Assembly (NCBI GenBank): GCA_048550275.1
Contig: JBLYYU010000210.1
Location: forward strand, 1 to 45,484
DNA length: 45,484 nucleotides
DNA from: Polyangiales bacterium
GTDB lineage: Bacteria > Myxococcota_A > Polyangia > Polyangiales > Houyiibacteriaceae
Direction: 5' to 3'
Part shown: positions 7,043-15,981 of the stretch, one piece after another
Numbering within the stretch: the stretch's first letter is position 1
Layout: each line of letters opens with the position of its first letter
Notes under the pieces: model-generated
Seen by the model: only the letters and a program-made list of their open reading frames with translations
The model's database searches: none
What the model was told of the DNA's origin: nothing
Made by a program: the position numbers and the translations under genes

Positions 7043-9901
7043 GTGCATCTCCGCCCGTGGCTCCCCCTTTTGTTTCTCTTGGTCCTTGGATGCGCTGGCT
7101 GTGACCTCGGCACCAAGCTCGCGTGTAACGTCGACAGCGACTGCTTCGACGAGCTGACCTGCGTTTCAGGCGCCTGCTACAAGTGCGCCGCCGACAAGAC
7201 CGGGTGCGCGTGCGCCGACGGCAGCTGTCTCCACGGGATGGTGTGCAGTGCCGATGGCGTCTGCATGGACTGCTCGGTGACCAACCTGTGTCTCGAAGGG
7301 CTTGCCTGCGACGCCGGGCGCTGCGTGGCGTGTAGCTCGGACTTCGCGGGGTGCCCCTGTGAGGCCGGGCGGTGCGGCGAGGGCCTGGGGTGCAGCAACA
7401 GCAACCGGTGTGAGCCTTTGGCGTGCAGCGACGGAAATCGCAACGGCGATGAAAGCGACGTCGACTGCGGTGGCTCTTGCAGCCCGTGCGCAGAAAGCTT
7501 GAGCTGCCTCACGGCCACAGACTGCGAGAGCCTCGCGTGCGACGATGGAGCCTGCCTTGCCATCGGATTCTGCCTCGTCCCGACCGGCGAGTTTCCGGCG
7601 ATTCAGGCGGCTGTGGACGAGCCGCGTTGCGTCACGATCAAGCTCGGCGAAGGTACATTCGACGAACAGGTGAGCATCGACCGAGCCCTCGACCTCGTTG
7701 GCGTACCAAGCGCCGCAGGGCTCGGAGGCGGCACGACACTGTCGAGCACCAAACCCGGACCCATCATCTGGATCGGAGAAGGGGCAGGCACGGTCTACCT
7801 TCGGCACGTCGCGATACGGGACGGTGCCGCACTTCGCGGAGCCGGTGTATTTTCGAGACGAGACCTAGTCGTAGAGGACAGCCTCTTCATCGGCAATCAC
7901 GCCAGCGTCAATGCAGTTTCCGAGTACGAGGAGACTCATCCTTGCGGAGGTGCAATCTTCGTGCAGGACGCCAGTCTCACCGTGACGGACTCCAAGTTCA
8001 TCGGAAACGTCGCTGAGGAGACCAGGTTCGTCGAGCAGTCGGTGGGCGTAGCGGCCTACGGAGGGGCGATTTGCGTCTTTGGCAATGGGGAGCTCACGGT
8101 AGATTCGTCGGAGTTTCGCCGGAACATGGCGACGATCACCGCCGACATCCCAGCGGGTAGCCCTGTAGGAGCGACTGGATCCATTAGCTGGGCTTTTGGA
8201 GGTGCGATCTACCGGTCGCACGAAGACCTCATAGTCGTTCGCGACTCGATTTTTAGTGAGAACGAGACCGCGGCCTTCGTTGTGGCTCGTGCAGGCGAGG
8301 CGCGCGCGGCGTCATCCATGGGGGGAGCCATCTACCTCCTCGACTTGTCTTCGAGTTTCGACCCTTCCAAGTCCACCGTGATCGAAGGCAGCGTGTTCGT
8401 GGGCAATGTTGCCAACGCCGAAGCATCGGGTGTTGGGGCCCACGGCTCCTTTGCCTTTGCGGGTGCCGTCGGGCTGAAGGCGGCGATAGTTCGAGACACG
8501 ACGTTCGAGCACAATTGGGCTCATGCGAGACCTCCGATTAGGTCCTATGCAAGTGGCGGCGCAGCACGGCTTCGCAGCGGACGCCTAGAGGCAACACGGT
8601 TTTGGCGCAATCGCGTAGACGGAACCTACGCTGATGGCGCGGCGATCAAACTCGGCAAGGACGGTTCGATCATCAACTCGGTCTTTTGGGACAACTACGG
8701 TTCAGGCCCGGGTTCTAGCGCCATAGACATGCCAGGCGGCTGGGTCATCAACTCGACACTCTTAAACAACGGCCCCGCTCCCCAAATAAGCGGGAACGCC
8801 GAGATGAAGCATTCGGTTTTCGCCGGTGGACTGTGCGAAACGGAAAGCATCACCTCGGCTGGCTACAACGTACTTGAGCAGAGCGACTGCTTCGCCTCGC
8901 TCGCGACTGAGACCGATCGACTCGTGACGGCCCCGTTGATCGAGAACGCCTACGGGAGTTCCGCCGGCCAGCAGGCTTCATCCGTCGACAACTACGCTCA
9001 GATCTATTTGGAGCCTGGCTTTCCACTCCGCGGCAGCCCCGTCATCGATGGTGGCGATCCAGCAGGGTGTCACGACGAAGCTGGCAACTCTATTGCAGTC
9101 GACAATCGAGGTGTGGCAAGAGAAAGACCTTGCGACATCGGCGCGTTCGCGCTCGAGCCCGAGCAGCTAACCCGCGTGTCGCGCTCCACGCTCTTGCTCC
9201 GTCGGGCAACCCTTCGAAGCCCAGATCTCTACGCTCCCGGCGACGTCGACTGTACGACCCCGGTGACGGACGTCGTCATGGAGTTCATCAAAGAGGCAAT
9301 CACGGGGGACGAGTCTCGACCACCGGACCAAGCGTGCGACGGACTGATCGATTCCCCGCTCGTGTTGAGCGTCGAACGAGCTAACGACATGGCCGTCGCC
9401 TTCCTTTCGCCCACGGGGTGCGTTGCTACTCATGTTGCGTGCGAAGATCCCCTACAGGCCGTCAGCGTGGCCTCTCTGAGCGGCGGGTTCTCCTTCTATC
9501 GGATTCTCACAGAGGAGCCTTGCATCATCGGCGAAGATGCCGCGGTCGTTCCGCCGGGGGAGCACGGTTGCATCGAGGCAAAAATTAGCCGCCTTTCCTT
9601 TCACGTTGGAATCCCGTTCAACTTCCTTGATGCAGAGTTAGTCGGTCAATTCAACGTTGGACCCGAGCGTCTCACACGCGGTGTCTTGCGAGGATACGTT
9701 TCCGCTGGTAGCGCACAGGATATCGTAATCCCATACTGGCTTAGGCCCGCACTTGGCGGAGCAGACAGGCTGTTGCACCTTCTGTGCCCCGCCGATCTCG
9801 AAAGCACACCGTATCTCCCATTAGAATTCGAGGTAGAGTTCGAAGCGGTTTCTCTCTATGGGCAGGGGCTCCCCCCGATTCGTCCAGTGGGCTGCGAGTA
9901 G
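7043..9901 (+). CDS. Large Cys-rich / parallel beta-helix lipoprotein, paralogue 1
   Basis: 952-aa ORF with a GTG start. The signal plus lipobox reads LLFLLVLGCAGC. The first ~170 aa are Cys-rich modules, including ACSDGNRNGDESDVDCGGSCSPC. Repeated GGAI/FxxN-type beta-helix motifs follow (GGAIFV, GGAICVF, GGAIYRS, GGAIYLL; FIGN, FVGN, FWDN). A CDIGAFALEPE motif matches the end of choice-of-anchor-Q-type helices. An unassigned Cys-containing tail of ~240 aa completes the protein. Confidence 0.8.
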   Translation: MHLRPWLPLLFLLVLGCAGCDLGTKLACNVDSDCFDELTCVSGACYKCAADKTGCACADGSCLHGMVCSADGVCMDCSVTNLCLEGLACDAGRCVACSSDFAGCPCEAGRCGEGLGCSNSNRCEPLACSDGNRNGDESDVDCGGSCSPCAESLSCLTATDCESLACDDGACLAIGFCLVPTGEFPAIQAAVDEPRCVTIKLGEGTFDEQVSIDRALDLVGVPSAAGLGGGTTLSSTKPGPIIWIGEGAGTVYLRHVAIRDGAALRGAGVFSRRDLVVEDSLFIGNHASVNAVSEYEETHPCGGAIFVQDASLTVTDSKFIGNVAEETRFVEQSVGVAAYGGAICVFGNGELTVDSSEFRRNMATITADIPAGSPVGATGSISWAFGGAIYRSHEDLIVVRDSIFSENETAAFVVARAGEARAASSMGGAIYLLDLSSSFDPSKSTVIEGSVFVGNVANAEASGVGAHGSFAFAGAVGLKAAIVRDTTFEHNWAHARPPIRSYASGGAARLRSGRLEATRFWRNRVDGTYADGAAIKLGKDGSIINSVFWDNYGSGPGSSAIDMPGGWVINSTLLNNGPAPQISGNAEMKHSVFAGGLCETESITSAGYNVLEQSDCFASLATETDRLVTAPLIENAYGSSAGQQASSVDNYAQIYLEPGFPLRGSPVIDGGDPAGCHDEAGNSIAVDNRGVARERPCDIGAFALEPEQLTRVSRSTLLLRRATLRSPDLYAPGDVDCTTPVTDVVMEFIKEAITGDESRPPDQACDGLIDSPLVLSVERANDMAVAFLSPTGCVATHVACEDPLQAVSVASLSGGFSFYRILTEEPCIIGEDAAVVPPGEHGCIEAKISRLSFHVGIPFNFLDAELVGQFNVGPERLTRGVLRGYVSAGSAQDIVIPYWLRPALGGADRLLHLLCPADLESTPYLPLEFEVEFEAVSLYGQGLPPIRPVGCE

Positions 9902-9934
9902 CCATCGTGGTTGGAACACCCGAAGGTTCGCTTG

Positions 9935-10049
9935 CTAGCCTCCTAGCCCATCGGGATGGCGACTAGGGCCGAATTTCGCGGCACTAGATTGTTAGGTCGC
10001 GTCGGGCGTCGCGGAGAGAGGGCCTTTCTTTCGCCTATACTCACCGGGG
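9935..10049 (+). repeat. Dispersed intergenic repeat, family 1, copy A
   Basis: About 115 bp starting just after the stop of paralogue 1. The sequence CTAGCCTCCTAGCCCATCGGGATGGCGACTAGGGCCGAATTTCGCGGCACTAG...GCGTCGCGGAGAG...GCCTAT...CCGGG aligns along its length with 16953-17065. It aligns partially with 31966-32052 and 32134-32194. Confidence 0.7.
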
Positions 10050-10202
10050 ACAAGCTCAACTAGCGACCAACGGGACAGATGAAGTCGCCAACCCGGGTTG
10101 GGTCGTGGCCATGGTCGCTCCCAGGCCGTCGGAAGTGGGCTGAGGTGCCCGAAATATGCGGTGTAGATAAGGCGCGGCATCCGATGGTATCGTAGATGAC
10201 CC

Positions 10203-13088
10203 GTGTCCTCTCGCCCTTGGCTTCCCCTGTTCTCGTTCTTGCTTCTCGCATGTGCCGGATGCGAGCTGGGACCCAAGCTCGCCTGCAATGTGGACGGAGA
10301 TTGCTTCGACGGCCTGACGTGCGTGGAAGGCTTGTGCCACCAGTGCACGGCAGACCGGCCCGGCTGTGCGTGCATCGAGCGGAGCTGCCTTGGCGGCTTG
10401 GTCTGTGGCGCGGGGAGCACATGCGCGCCCTGCTCGGCGGATGTGCCCTGCACCACGGGGCTCGCGTGTGATCGAGGCCAGTGCGTCGGGTGTAGCTCGG
10501 ACTTCGCAGGCTGCCCATGCGATGCGGGGCAATGTGGAACGGGCTTGAGGTGCAACGAAGCGAACCAATGCGAAGCGCTGGCGTGCTCGGACGGCGCCCG
10601 CAACGGCGACGAGACCGATGTGGACTGCGGGGGGTCTTGCGAGCCCTGCGCGAAAGGATCGCGGTGCCTCTTCGCCACGGATTGTGAAAGCCTCGCATGC
10701 GATCAAGGAGCTTGCCTCGCCGTCGGAAGCTGCCTCGTCCCAACGAATGAGTTTCCGAAGATTCAATCCGCGGTTGACGACACGCGGTGCACCACAGTCC
10801 TGCTCGAAGAAGGCGTCTTCGACGAACGCGTCCGCGTTGACCGGCCGATCGAGATCATCGGTGTCCCGAGCATCGACTCTGTCGAAGATGGCACCGTGTT
10901 GAGGAGCATCGATTCCAGACCGACGATTGGAATTACCGAAGGAGCCGGCACGGTCTATCTTCGACACCTTTGGATCCGTGACGGCTCGGCATTCCGCGGA
11001 GCTGGCGTTCTCTCCAAACGAGACCTCGTCGTTGAACACAGCCGCTTCACCGGGAATCGCGCCAACTTGAATGCCGTGTCAGAGGAGGAGCAGCCCCACC
11101 CGTGCGGGGGCGCGATATTCGTGGAGGACGCGAATCTAACGGTTCGGGAGTCCAGCTTCGTCGAAAACCAGGCGGAGGAAACCCGGTTCGCGGTGCAGCT
11201 CATCGATGTGGAAGCGTACGGCGGGGCGATCTGCATGTTTGGCGAGGGTGAGCTTCTGGTCGAATCGTCCGAGTTTCGGCGCAATCTGGCGACGACGACG
11301 ACCGACATTCCGCCGGAGGTTCTGTATCCGAATCCATATGGTGTGGTGAGCACCGCTTCTGGAGGCGCGATATATCGGTCGGAGGAAGGCTCGAACGTCG
11401 TCCGCGACTCTACGTTCAGTGAGAACAAGGCCCGTTCTCATGTCGTCTATCATGAGGGAGAGCTTCGGAATTCAATCTCGGTCGGTGGCGCGATGGCCGT
11501 TCCCCGGCCGCGGTCCAGTGAGGACTATGCGATCGCGACTGTTATCGAACGCAGCGTCTTCGTCGAGAATGTGTCCCACGCTGACGGCGTTGCCAACATT
11601 GGAGCCTCGGCGCGGGCCGGCGCGGTCGAGCTTGGGGGAGTGTTGATTCGCGACAGTACATTCGAGCACAATCGAGCCTTTGCGAATTCCCTCTATTCCT
11701 CTCTTTGTAATGCCGGCGCAGCGTCTCTGCGTGGCGGACGCTTGGAGTCGACTCGATTTTTCCGCAACAGCGTGGAGGGCACGACCACGTTTGCGGCCGC
11801 ACTCAACGTTGGCAAACCAAGCACGATCCTAAACTCGGTCTTTTGGGACAACCGAGGAGCTTCGTCGAGTGCCGTCCAACTGGTGGGTCGGTCTGGGCGC
11901 GGCTGGCTCATCAACTCGACCCTCCTGGATAACGGACCCGGGCCCCAGCTAGCATCACAGTATGGTGAGCTCGTTCTCAAGCATACGGTCATCGCCGGTG
12001 GTCACGGGGTGTGCGACATCGATCATCTGGTCTCTGGCGGGTACAATGTGCTGGAAGAGCATGGTTGCCTCACCCCGATCGCCACCGAGACCGATCGAGT
12101 CGTGAGGGCGCCCCTGATTGAAAGGGTGTACGACCGATCCAATGCTCTGCGGACGCCAATAAGAGACGGGGTCGGCACCACGGATATTTACTCGGCCCCC
12201 GGCTTCCCCTTGATCAACAGTCCGGTGATCGACGGTGGCGATCCGAACGGATGTCACGACGAAGCCGACGAGCTCATCTCGGTCGATAGTCGGGGCGCAG
12301 AGAGAATCGGGCCGTGCGACATCGGTGCTTTCGCATTCGAGCCCGAGCAACGCACGCGGACCCCGCTGACCGCGTACCTTCTTCGACGGGTGACTTTGCG
12401 ATCTCCCGAGGTTTTCGCTCCCGGCGACGAGGGTTGCGAAATCAATGTGACTCAGCACTTCAATGCTCTCATCAACGAGTCGATGGTGGCAGACACTGCC
12501 CGTCCACCGGACCAAGAATGCGACGGGCTGATCGATTCACCGCTTGTGCTGATCCTCGAAAAAGAAGGCGACCGCTCTGGCCAGTCGCAGCTCAGACGGA
12601 CAAAGTGCGTTGCCACGCATCTCGCCTGTGAAGATCCGTGGTTTCCGCTCGTGCCGTGGCAGGGGCAAGTTGAGTACCACATTCTCGCAAACGAGCCTTG
12701 TGCGCTTGATGAGGGGCGAGCCGTCCTCGGCTCGGGGGATCACGGTTGCATAGAGGCCGGGCTCAGTAGCACGCAGTTCGATGTGGGAGTTACGTTCGAG
12801 TTCCTGAGTGCGGAGCTCATCGGTCAGATCGCCGCGCAGCCCGATCGAATTTCCAACGGCATTCTCAGAGGGTTCATGCGTGAAGGCATCGCAAGAGGCT
12901 TGCCGATTCCGAGCTTCATGCAGGCCGCCCTCGGCGGGGCGACGGCCCTGTCGGACCTTCTGTGCGGCGCCGAGCTCGAGGAATGGAGCGGACTCCCCGG
13001 CCATTTCTTCGAGTTCGGCGTGGAGTTCGAAGCAGTCACCTTGTATGGCAAAGGACTACCCCCAATTTACCCGGCTGACTGTGAGTAG
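10203..13088 (+). CDS. Large Cys-rich / parallel beta-helix lipoprotein, paralogue 2
   Basis: 961-aa ORF with a GTG start, collinear with 7043-9901 over the full length. It has the same lipobox (LLLACAGC), the same Cys spacing, ACSDGARNGDETDVDCGGSCEPC, GGAI repeats, CDIGAFAFEPE, PPDQECDGLIDSPLVL and a C-terminal LPPIYPADCE. Identity to paralogue 1 is roughly 55-60% by eye. Confidence 0.8.
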   Translation: MSSRPWLPLFSFLLLACAGCELGPKLACNVDGDCFDGLTCVEGLCHQCTADRPGCACIERSCLGGLVCGAGSTCAPCSADVPCTTGLACDRGQCVGCSSDFAGCPCDAGQCGTGLRCNEANQCEALACSDGARNGDETDVDCGGSCEPCAKGSRCLFATDCESLACDQGACLAVGSCLVPTNEFPKIQSAVDDTRCTTVLLEEGVFDERVRVDRPIEIIGVPSIDSVEDGTVLRSIDSRPTIGITEGAGTVYLRHLWIRDGSAFRGAGVLSKRDLVVEHSRFTGNRANLNAVSEEEQPHPCGGAIFVEDANLTVRESSFVENQAEETRFAVQLIDVEAYGGAICMFGEGELLVESSEFRRNLATTTTDIPPEVLYPNPYGVVSTASGGAIYRSEEGSNVVRDSTFSENKARSHVVYHEGELRNSISVGGAMAVPRPRSSEDYAIATVIERSVFVENVSHADGVANIGASARAGAVELGGVLIRDSTFEHNRAFANSLYSSLCNAGAASLRGGRLESTRFFRNSVEGTTTFAAALNVGKPSTILNSVFWDNRGASSSAVQLVGRSGRGWLINSTLLDNGPGPQLASQYGELVLKHTVIAGGHGVCDIDHLVSGGYNVLEEHGCLTPIATETDRVVRAPLIERVYDRSNALRTPIRDGVGTTDIYSAPGFPLINSPVIDGGDPNGCHDEADELISVDSRGAERIGPCDIGAFAFEPEQRTRTPLTAYLLRRVTLRSPEVFAPGDEGCEINVTQHFNALINESMVADTARPPDQECDGLIDSPLVLILEKEGDRSGQSQLRRTKCVATHLACEDPWFPLVPWQGQVEYHILANEPCALDEGRAVLGSGDHGCIEAGLSSTQFDVGVTFEFLSAELIGQIAAQPDRISNGILRGFMREGIARGLPIPSFMQAALGGATALSDLLCGAELEEWSGLPGHFFEFGVEFEAVTLYGKGLPPIYPADCE

Positions 13089-13091
13089 GTC

Positions 13092-13757
13092 GTGATCGTC
13101 TCCGTCCAACCGGATGAACGCTACCCGGGACGATCCGAGCCACTGTCCTTGCTTCAAGACAGTCGCGCCCTCCTCGACGATTTTCGAGCCGGCACCTCGG
13201 ACGCCCTCACTACGGTCTTCAACGCGTACGTCGATGACATTGCGCGCGTCGTTCGGTTCGGCTTCGCCTTGGACGACCGGTCGTATGTCTATGGGATCGC
13301 GGATTCCGAAGAACAAAAGGACATGGTTCAAGAGGTGTTCGTTCGTGCGTTCGCCGACAAGGCACGTGCGGCGTACGACGGTCTTCGCCCTTACCGCCCG
13401 TACGTGCTTCGCATTGCGAAGAACCTCATGATCGACCGCGCCCGAAAGATCGGACGGCGCCCCAAGAAAGTCGAGCCCAGCGTCGAAATCTCGATCGACG
13501 CCTTGATCGACAGGGATGCCCCGCTTCCTGAGCTCGAGGAAGATATCGACTGGAAGAACCAGAGGGCGATCGCCCGTAGCTACATTGGGTCGCTCTCGTC
13601 GGAGCTGTCCGAGCTCGTGCGGCTTCGGTTCGTCGAATGCCTCGCCCAAGCGGACGTCGCACGGGCGATGGGAATTACCCGGCGTAGGGTCCGAACCCTC
13701 GAAAAACGCGCGCTCACCGGGCTCGTGCGCCTTCTGAAACGCGAAGAGGCGATGTAA
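13092..13757 (+). CDS. ECF-type RNA polymerase sigma factor (sigma-70 family, regions 2 and 4)
   Basis: 221-aa ORF. Its GTG start lies 3 nt after the stop of paralogue 2. Region 2-like sequence reads DIARVVRFGF...QEVFVRAF...YRPYVLRIAKNLMIDRARK. The region 4 HTH reads LSELVRLRFVECLAQADVARAMGITRRRVRTLEKRALTGL. Confidence 0.85.
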   Translation: MIVSVQPDERYPGRSEPLSLLQDSRALLDDFRAGTSDALTTVFNAYVDDIARVVRFGFALDDRSYVYGIADSEEQKDMVQEVFVRAFADKARAAYDGLRPYRPYVLRIAKNLMIDRARKIGRRPKKVEPSVEISIDALIDRDAPLPELEEDIDWKNQRAIARSYIGSLSSELSELVRLRFVECLAQADVARAMGITRRRVRTLEKRALTGLVRLLKREEAM

Positions 13758-13806
13758 TGTGCCCTGAATCCGGAGACGAGCGTATGAGGCCTAGGGGCGA
13801 GCACCA

Positions 13807-14391
13807 ATGAACCAAGAAGAACGGGCGGCCAGGTTGCTTCGAGGGCAGAACACCCCTTCGGTGATCGAACGCGAACGGATGTCGAAAGAGGTTCTCGAGC
13901 GCGTTGGCGCAGGGCGTACCAAGCGTTCTCGCTTTCGAATTGGGCTGGCCGCCGCCGCAACAACCGGCGCCGTGGCTCTGCTCTTCGTCGCATTGCCCGG
14001 AGAGTTGACGCCACGCAGCGCAGGAGACGGCGCCGTTCTCGACGCACTTTGTCAGCCAGGCCCTGGCTGCCGCCAAGGAAACCGCTTGGTTCTTCGCGTG
14101 TCAAACCATGAAGGGGAACAAGGGTACATGGCGGCGTTTGCACAGCGAAGCGACGGGACGGTGATCTGGTACTTCCCCGAAGACGAGAGCAGCCGCGCGC
14201 TGCCGTTCCGCAACGGCGAGTGGATGAACCGGGCCGTGGTATTGGGCCCCGAACACGTCCCCGGCGACTACGACATACACGCGGTGCTGAGCGCGACCCC
14301 GATCGACCAGGGCACGGTGCGCTCGCTCGTCGAGCGGGGCGGCGATGATCAGCACCTCTTGCTCAACACCAAGGTCCGCGTGGCTCCATGA
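13807..14391 (+). CDS. Single-pass membrane protein, putative anti-sigma factor with DUF4384-like extracytoplasmic domain
   Basis: 194-aa ORF immediately after the ECF sigma gene. It has a short cytoplasmic N-terminus, a TM helix (IGLAAAATTGAVALLFVAL), and then LVLRVSNHEGEQGYMAAFAQRSDGTVIWYFPEDESS...GDYDIHAVLSATPI, which matches my recollection of the DUF4384 pattern. No ZAS HxxxCxxC motif is present. Confidence 0.55.
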   Translation: MNQEERAARLLRGQNTPSVIERERMSKEVLERVGAGRTKRSRFRIGLAAAATTGAVALLFVALPGELTPRSAGDGAVLDALCQPGPGCRQGNRLVLRVSNHEGEQGYMAAFAQRSDGTVIWYFPEDESSRALPFRNGEWMNRAVVLGPEHVPGDYDIHAVLSATPIDQGTVRSLVERGGDDQHLLLNTKVRVAP

Positions 14392-15968
14392 AGAGCGCGT
14401 GCTTTGCACTTGGCTTTCTCCTCATGACCGCGGTCTCATCGGAGGCTGGCGCAAAGGTGAAGCGCTACGCACTCATCGTTGGCAACAATGCCCCGCCCGC
14501 CGGCGAAGCCTTGCTCAAACCGCTCAAATACGCCGACGACGACGCCGCGCGGTACTTCGAGCTCACCCGCAGCTGGGGCGCGGAAAGCATTCTCTTGGCG
14601 GTCCTCGACTCCGCCACCCAGCGCCGTTTCCCGCAGCTGCCCATCATGGCTCGCCCGCCGACCCGCGAGAACCTGGACGACGCCCTCAACGCGCTCTCCG
14701 ACAAGGTCGCCTACGATCGGAAGCGAGGAGACGAGCCCGTGCTCTATTTCATTTTCGCCGGACACGGTTCGATACGGGACGGCTCGCCGTACTTGTCCTT
14801 GCTTGATGGCCGCATCACTCAGCAGGTCCTGTACGACGAGATCATCGCCCGAGTCTCCGCGGCGCGCACGCACCTCATCGTGGATGCGTGTCACGCAGGC
14901 GGGGTGGTCGGGTCTCGAGGTTTGTTCGATCGCGAGCTCACCGCCACCACTTCAGACGTTTCAGTCGACGAGGTGGCGGGGTTGTCGAAGCTGAGCCAGC
15001 ACCCAAACGTCGGCGTGATTTTGGCCGCCACCCTCGGGGAGGAGGTGCATGAATGGTCTCGCATCGAGTCTGGCGTGTTCTCGCACGAGGTGATCTCCGG
15101 CCTCCGTGGCCCGGCCGACGTCAATCGCGACGGCCGGATCGAGTACTCTGAAATTCAGGCCTTTGTCGCATCGGCGAATCGCGACCTCAAGGACCGAAGG
15201 ACGGCGCCGCACGTCATCGCGTACCCACCGGCCCAGGACCACCACAGCCCTCTGGCCCTGCTTTCGGAGCAAGGAGGCGTGGCCTGGCTCGAAGGCAACG
15301 CGACAAACCTCGGGCACTTCTACGTCGAACGCGAAAGCGGGGAACGCCAGTTGGACGCGCATTTCTCATCCCCGATCCCGATTCGGTTCGCCATCCCGGC
15401 AAACGAAGTCGTGTATGTGCACACCGCGACCGGAGAAGCGCAGGTCGACGCCGGCGAAGGTCAAATTCTCGAAATCTCGAAGCTCCAGTTCGAGGACAAG
15501 GAGCTGGCCGAGCGGGGAAGCGCCGAAAACGATTTCAGGGAGAGCCTTTTCGCGTCGCCCTTCAGTGAGGCGTACTACCTCGGGTTCGTCGACCACGGGC
15601 AGGTGACGCCGGTGAGCTTCGACGGCCCCGCACTGCTCTACGACGTTCCCGCGCCACCGAATCGGAAGCGGATCGCGATTGGCTTCTTCTCGACCAGTGG
15701 CGTCGCGTTCGCCGCCACTCTCGTCTCGGGAGGTATCATGGCCAAGGCCAAGCGCGACTACGACGACACCGAGATTCAGGGGGAAGCCGCCGAGGCGCAG
15801 AGCAGATTCGAGAGCGCCCGCACCGCTACGATCGTCTCGGGGAGCGTCACCGCCGTGACCGCGATCGTCGGCGCCATCGTTTGGCCGAAGAAGAAGGTTG
15901 CCCGATTCAGCGCGGAGGTCGACCCCCACAGACGACACTACGGTGTCCGAGCATCGATTCGCTTCTGA
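14388..15968 (+). CDS. Exported caspase-fold (peptidase C14 / orthocaspase-like) protein with C-terminal membrane anchors
   Basis: 526-aa ORF. An N-terminal signal peptide (MKSACFALGFLLMTAVSSEAGA) is followed by KRYALIVGNN. The catalytic dyad context is YFIFAGHGS (His126) and HLIVDACHAGG (Cys168). Two hydrophobic helices lie near the C-terminus (IAIGFFSTSGVAFAATLVSGGIM, ATIVSGSVTAVTAIVGAIVW). The start overlaps the upstream stop (ATGA at 14388-14391). Confidence 0.85.
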   Translation: MKSACFALGFLLMTAVSSEAGAKVKRYALIVGNNAPPAGEALLKPLKYADDDAARYFELTRSWGAESILLAVLDSATQRRFPQLPIMARPPTRENLDDALNALSDKVAYDRKRGDEPVLYFIFAGHGSIRDGSPYLSLLDGRITQQVLYDEIIARVSAARTHLIVDACHAGGVVGSRGLFDRELTATTSDVSVDEVAGLSKLSQHPNVGVILAATLGEEVHEWSRIESGVFSHEVISGLRGPADVNRDGRIEYSEIQAFVASANRDLKDRRTAPHVIAYPPAQDHHSPLALLSEQGGVAWLEGNATNLGHFYVERESGERQLDAHFSSPIPIRFAIPANEVVYVHTATGEAQVDAGEGQILEISKLQFEDKELAERGSAENDFRESLFASPFSEAYYLGFVDHGQVTPVSFDGPALLYDVPAPPNRKRIAIGFFSTSGVAFAATLVSGGIMAKAKRDYDDTEIQGEAAEAQSRFESARTATIVSGSVTAVTAIVGAIVWPKKKVARFSAEVDPHRRHYGVRASIRF

Positions 15969-15981
15969 AGCGCACCCGCCC

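Noticed and set aside
9901-10202. Repeat families 1 and 2 as insertion sequences or transposon ends.
   Set aside because: No transposase or integrase ORF is present anywhere in the window. I found no terminal inverted repeats or obvious target-site duplications. The elements are only 43-115 bp, so they are reported as dispersed repeats of unknown nature instead.
10056-11039. Long ORFs antisense to clear genes. Examples are 1-663(-), 9992-10678(-), 10056-11039(-), 23593-24612(-), 24706-25872(-), 42930-44171(+) and 7166-7807(-).
   Set aside because: These are typical high-GC artefacts. They lie opposite ORFs with strong domain signatures, their products are Arg/Ala/Pro/Gly-rich low-complexity sequences without motifs, and they lack RBS-supported starts.
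7043-13088. Interpreting the two GGAI-repeat proteins as Chlamydia-type Pmp autotransporters.
   Set aside because: They have lipobox N-termini. They end in ...GCE / ...DCE rather than an amphipathic beta-barrel with a terminal aromatic residue, and the last ~240 aa are Cys-containing and look globular. GGAI/FxxN motifs are generic to parallel beta-helices.
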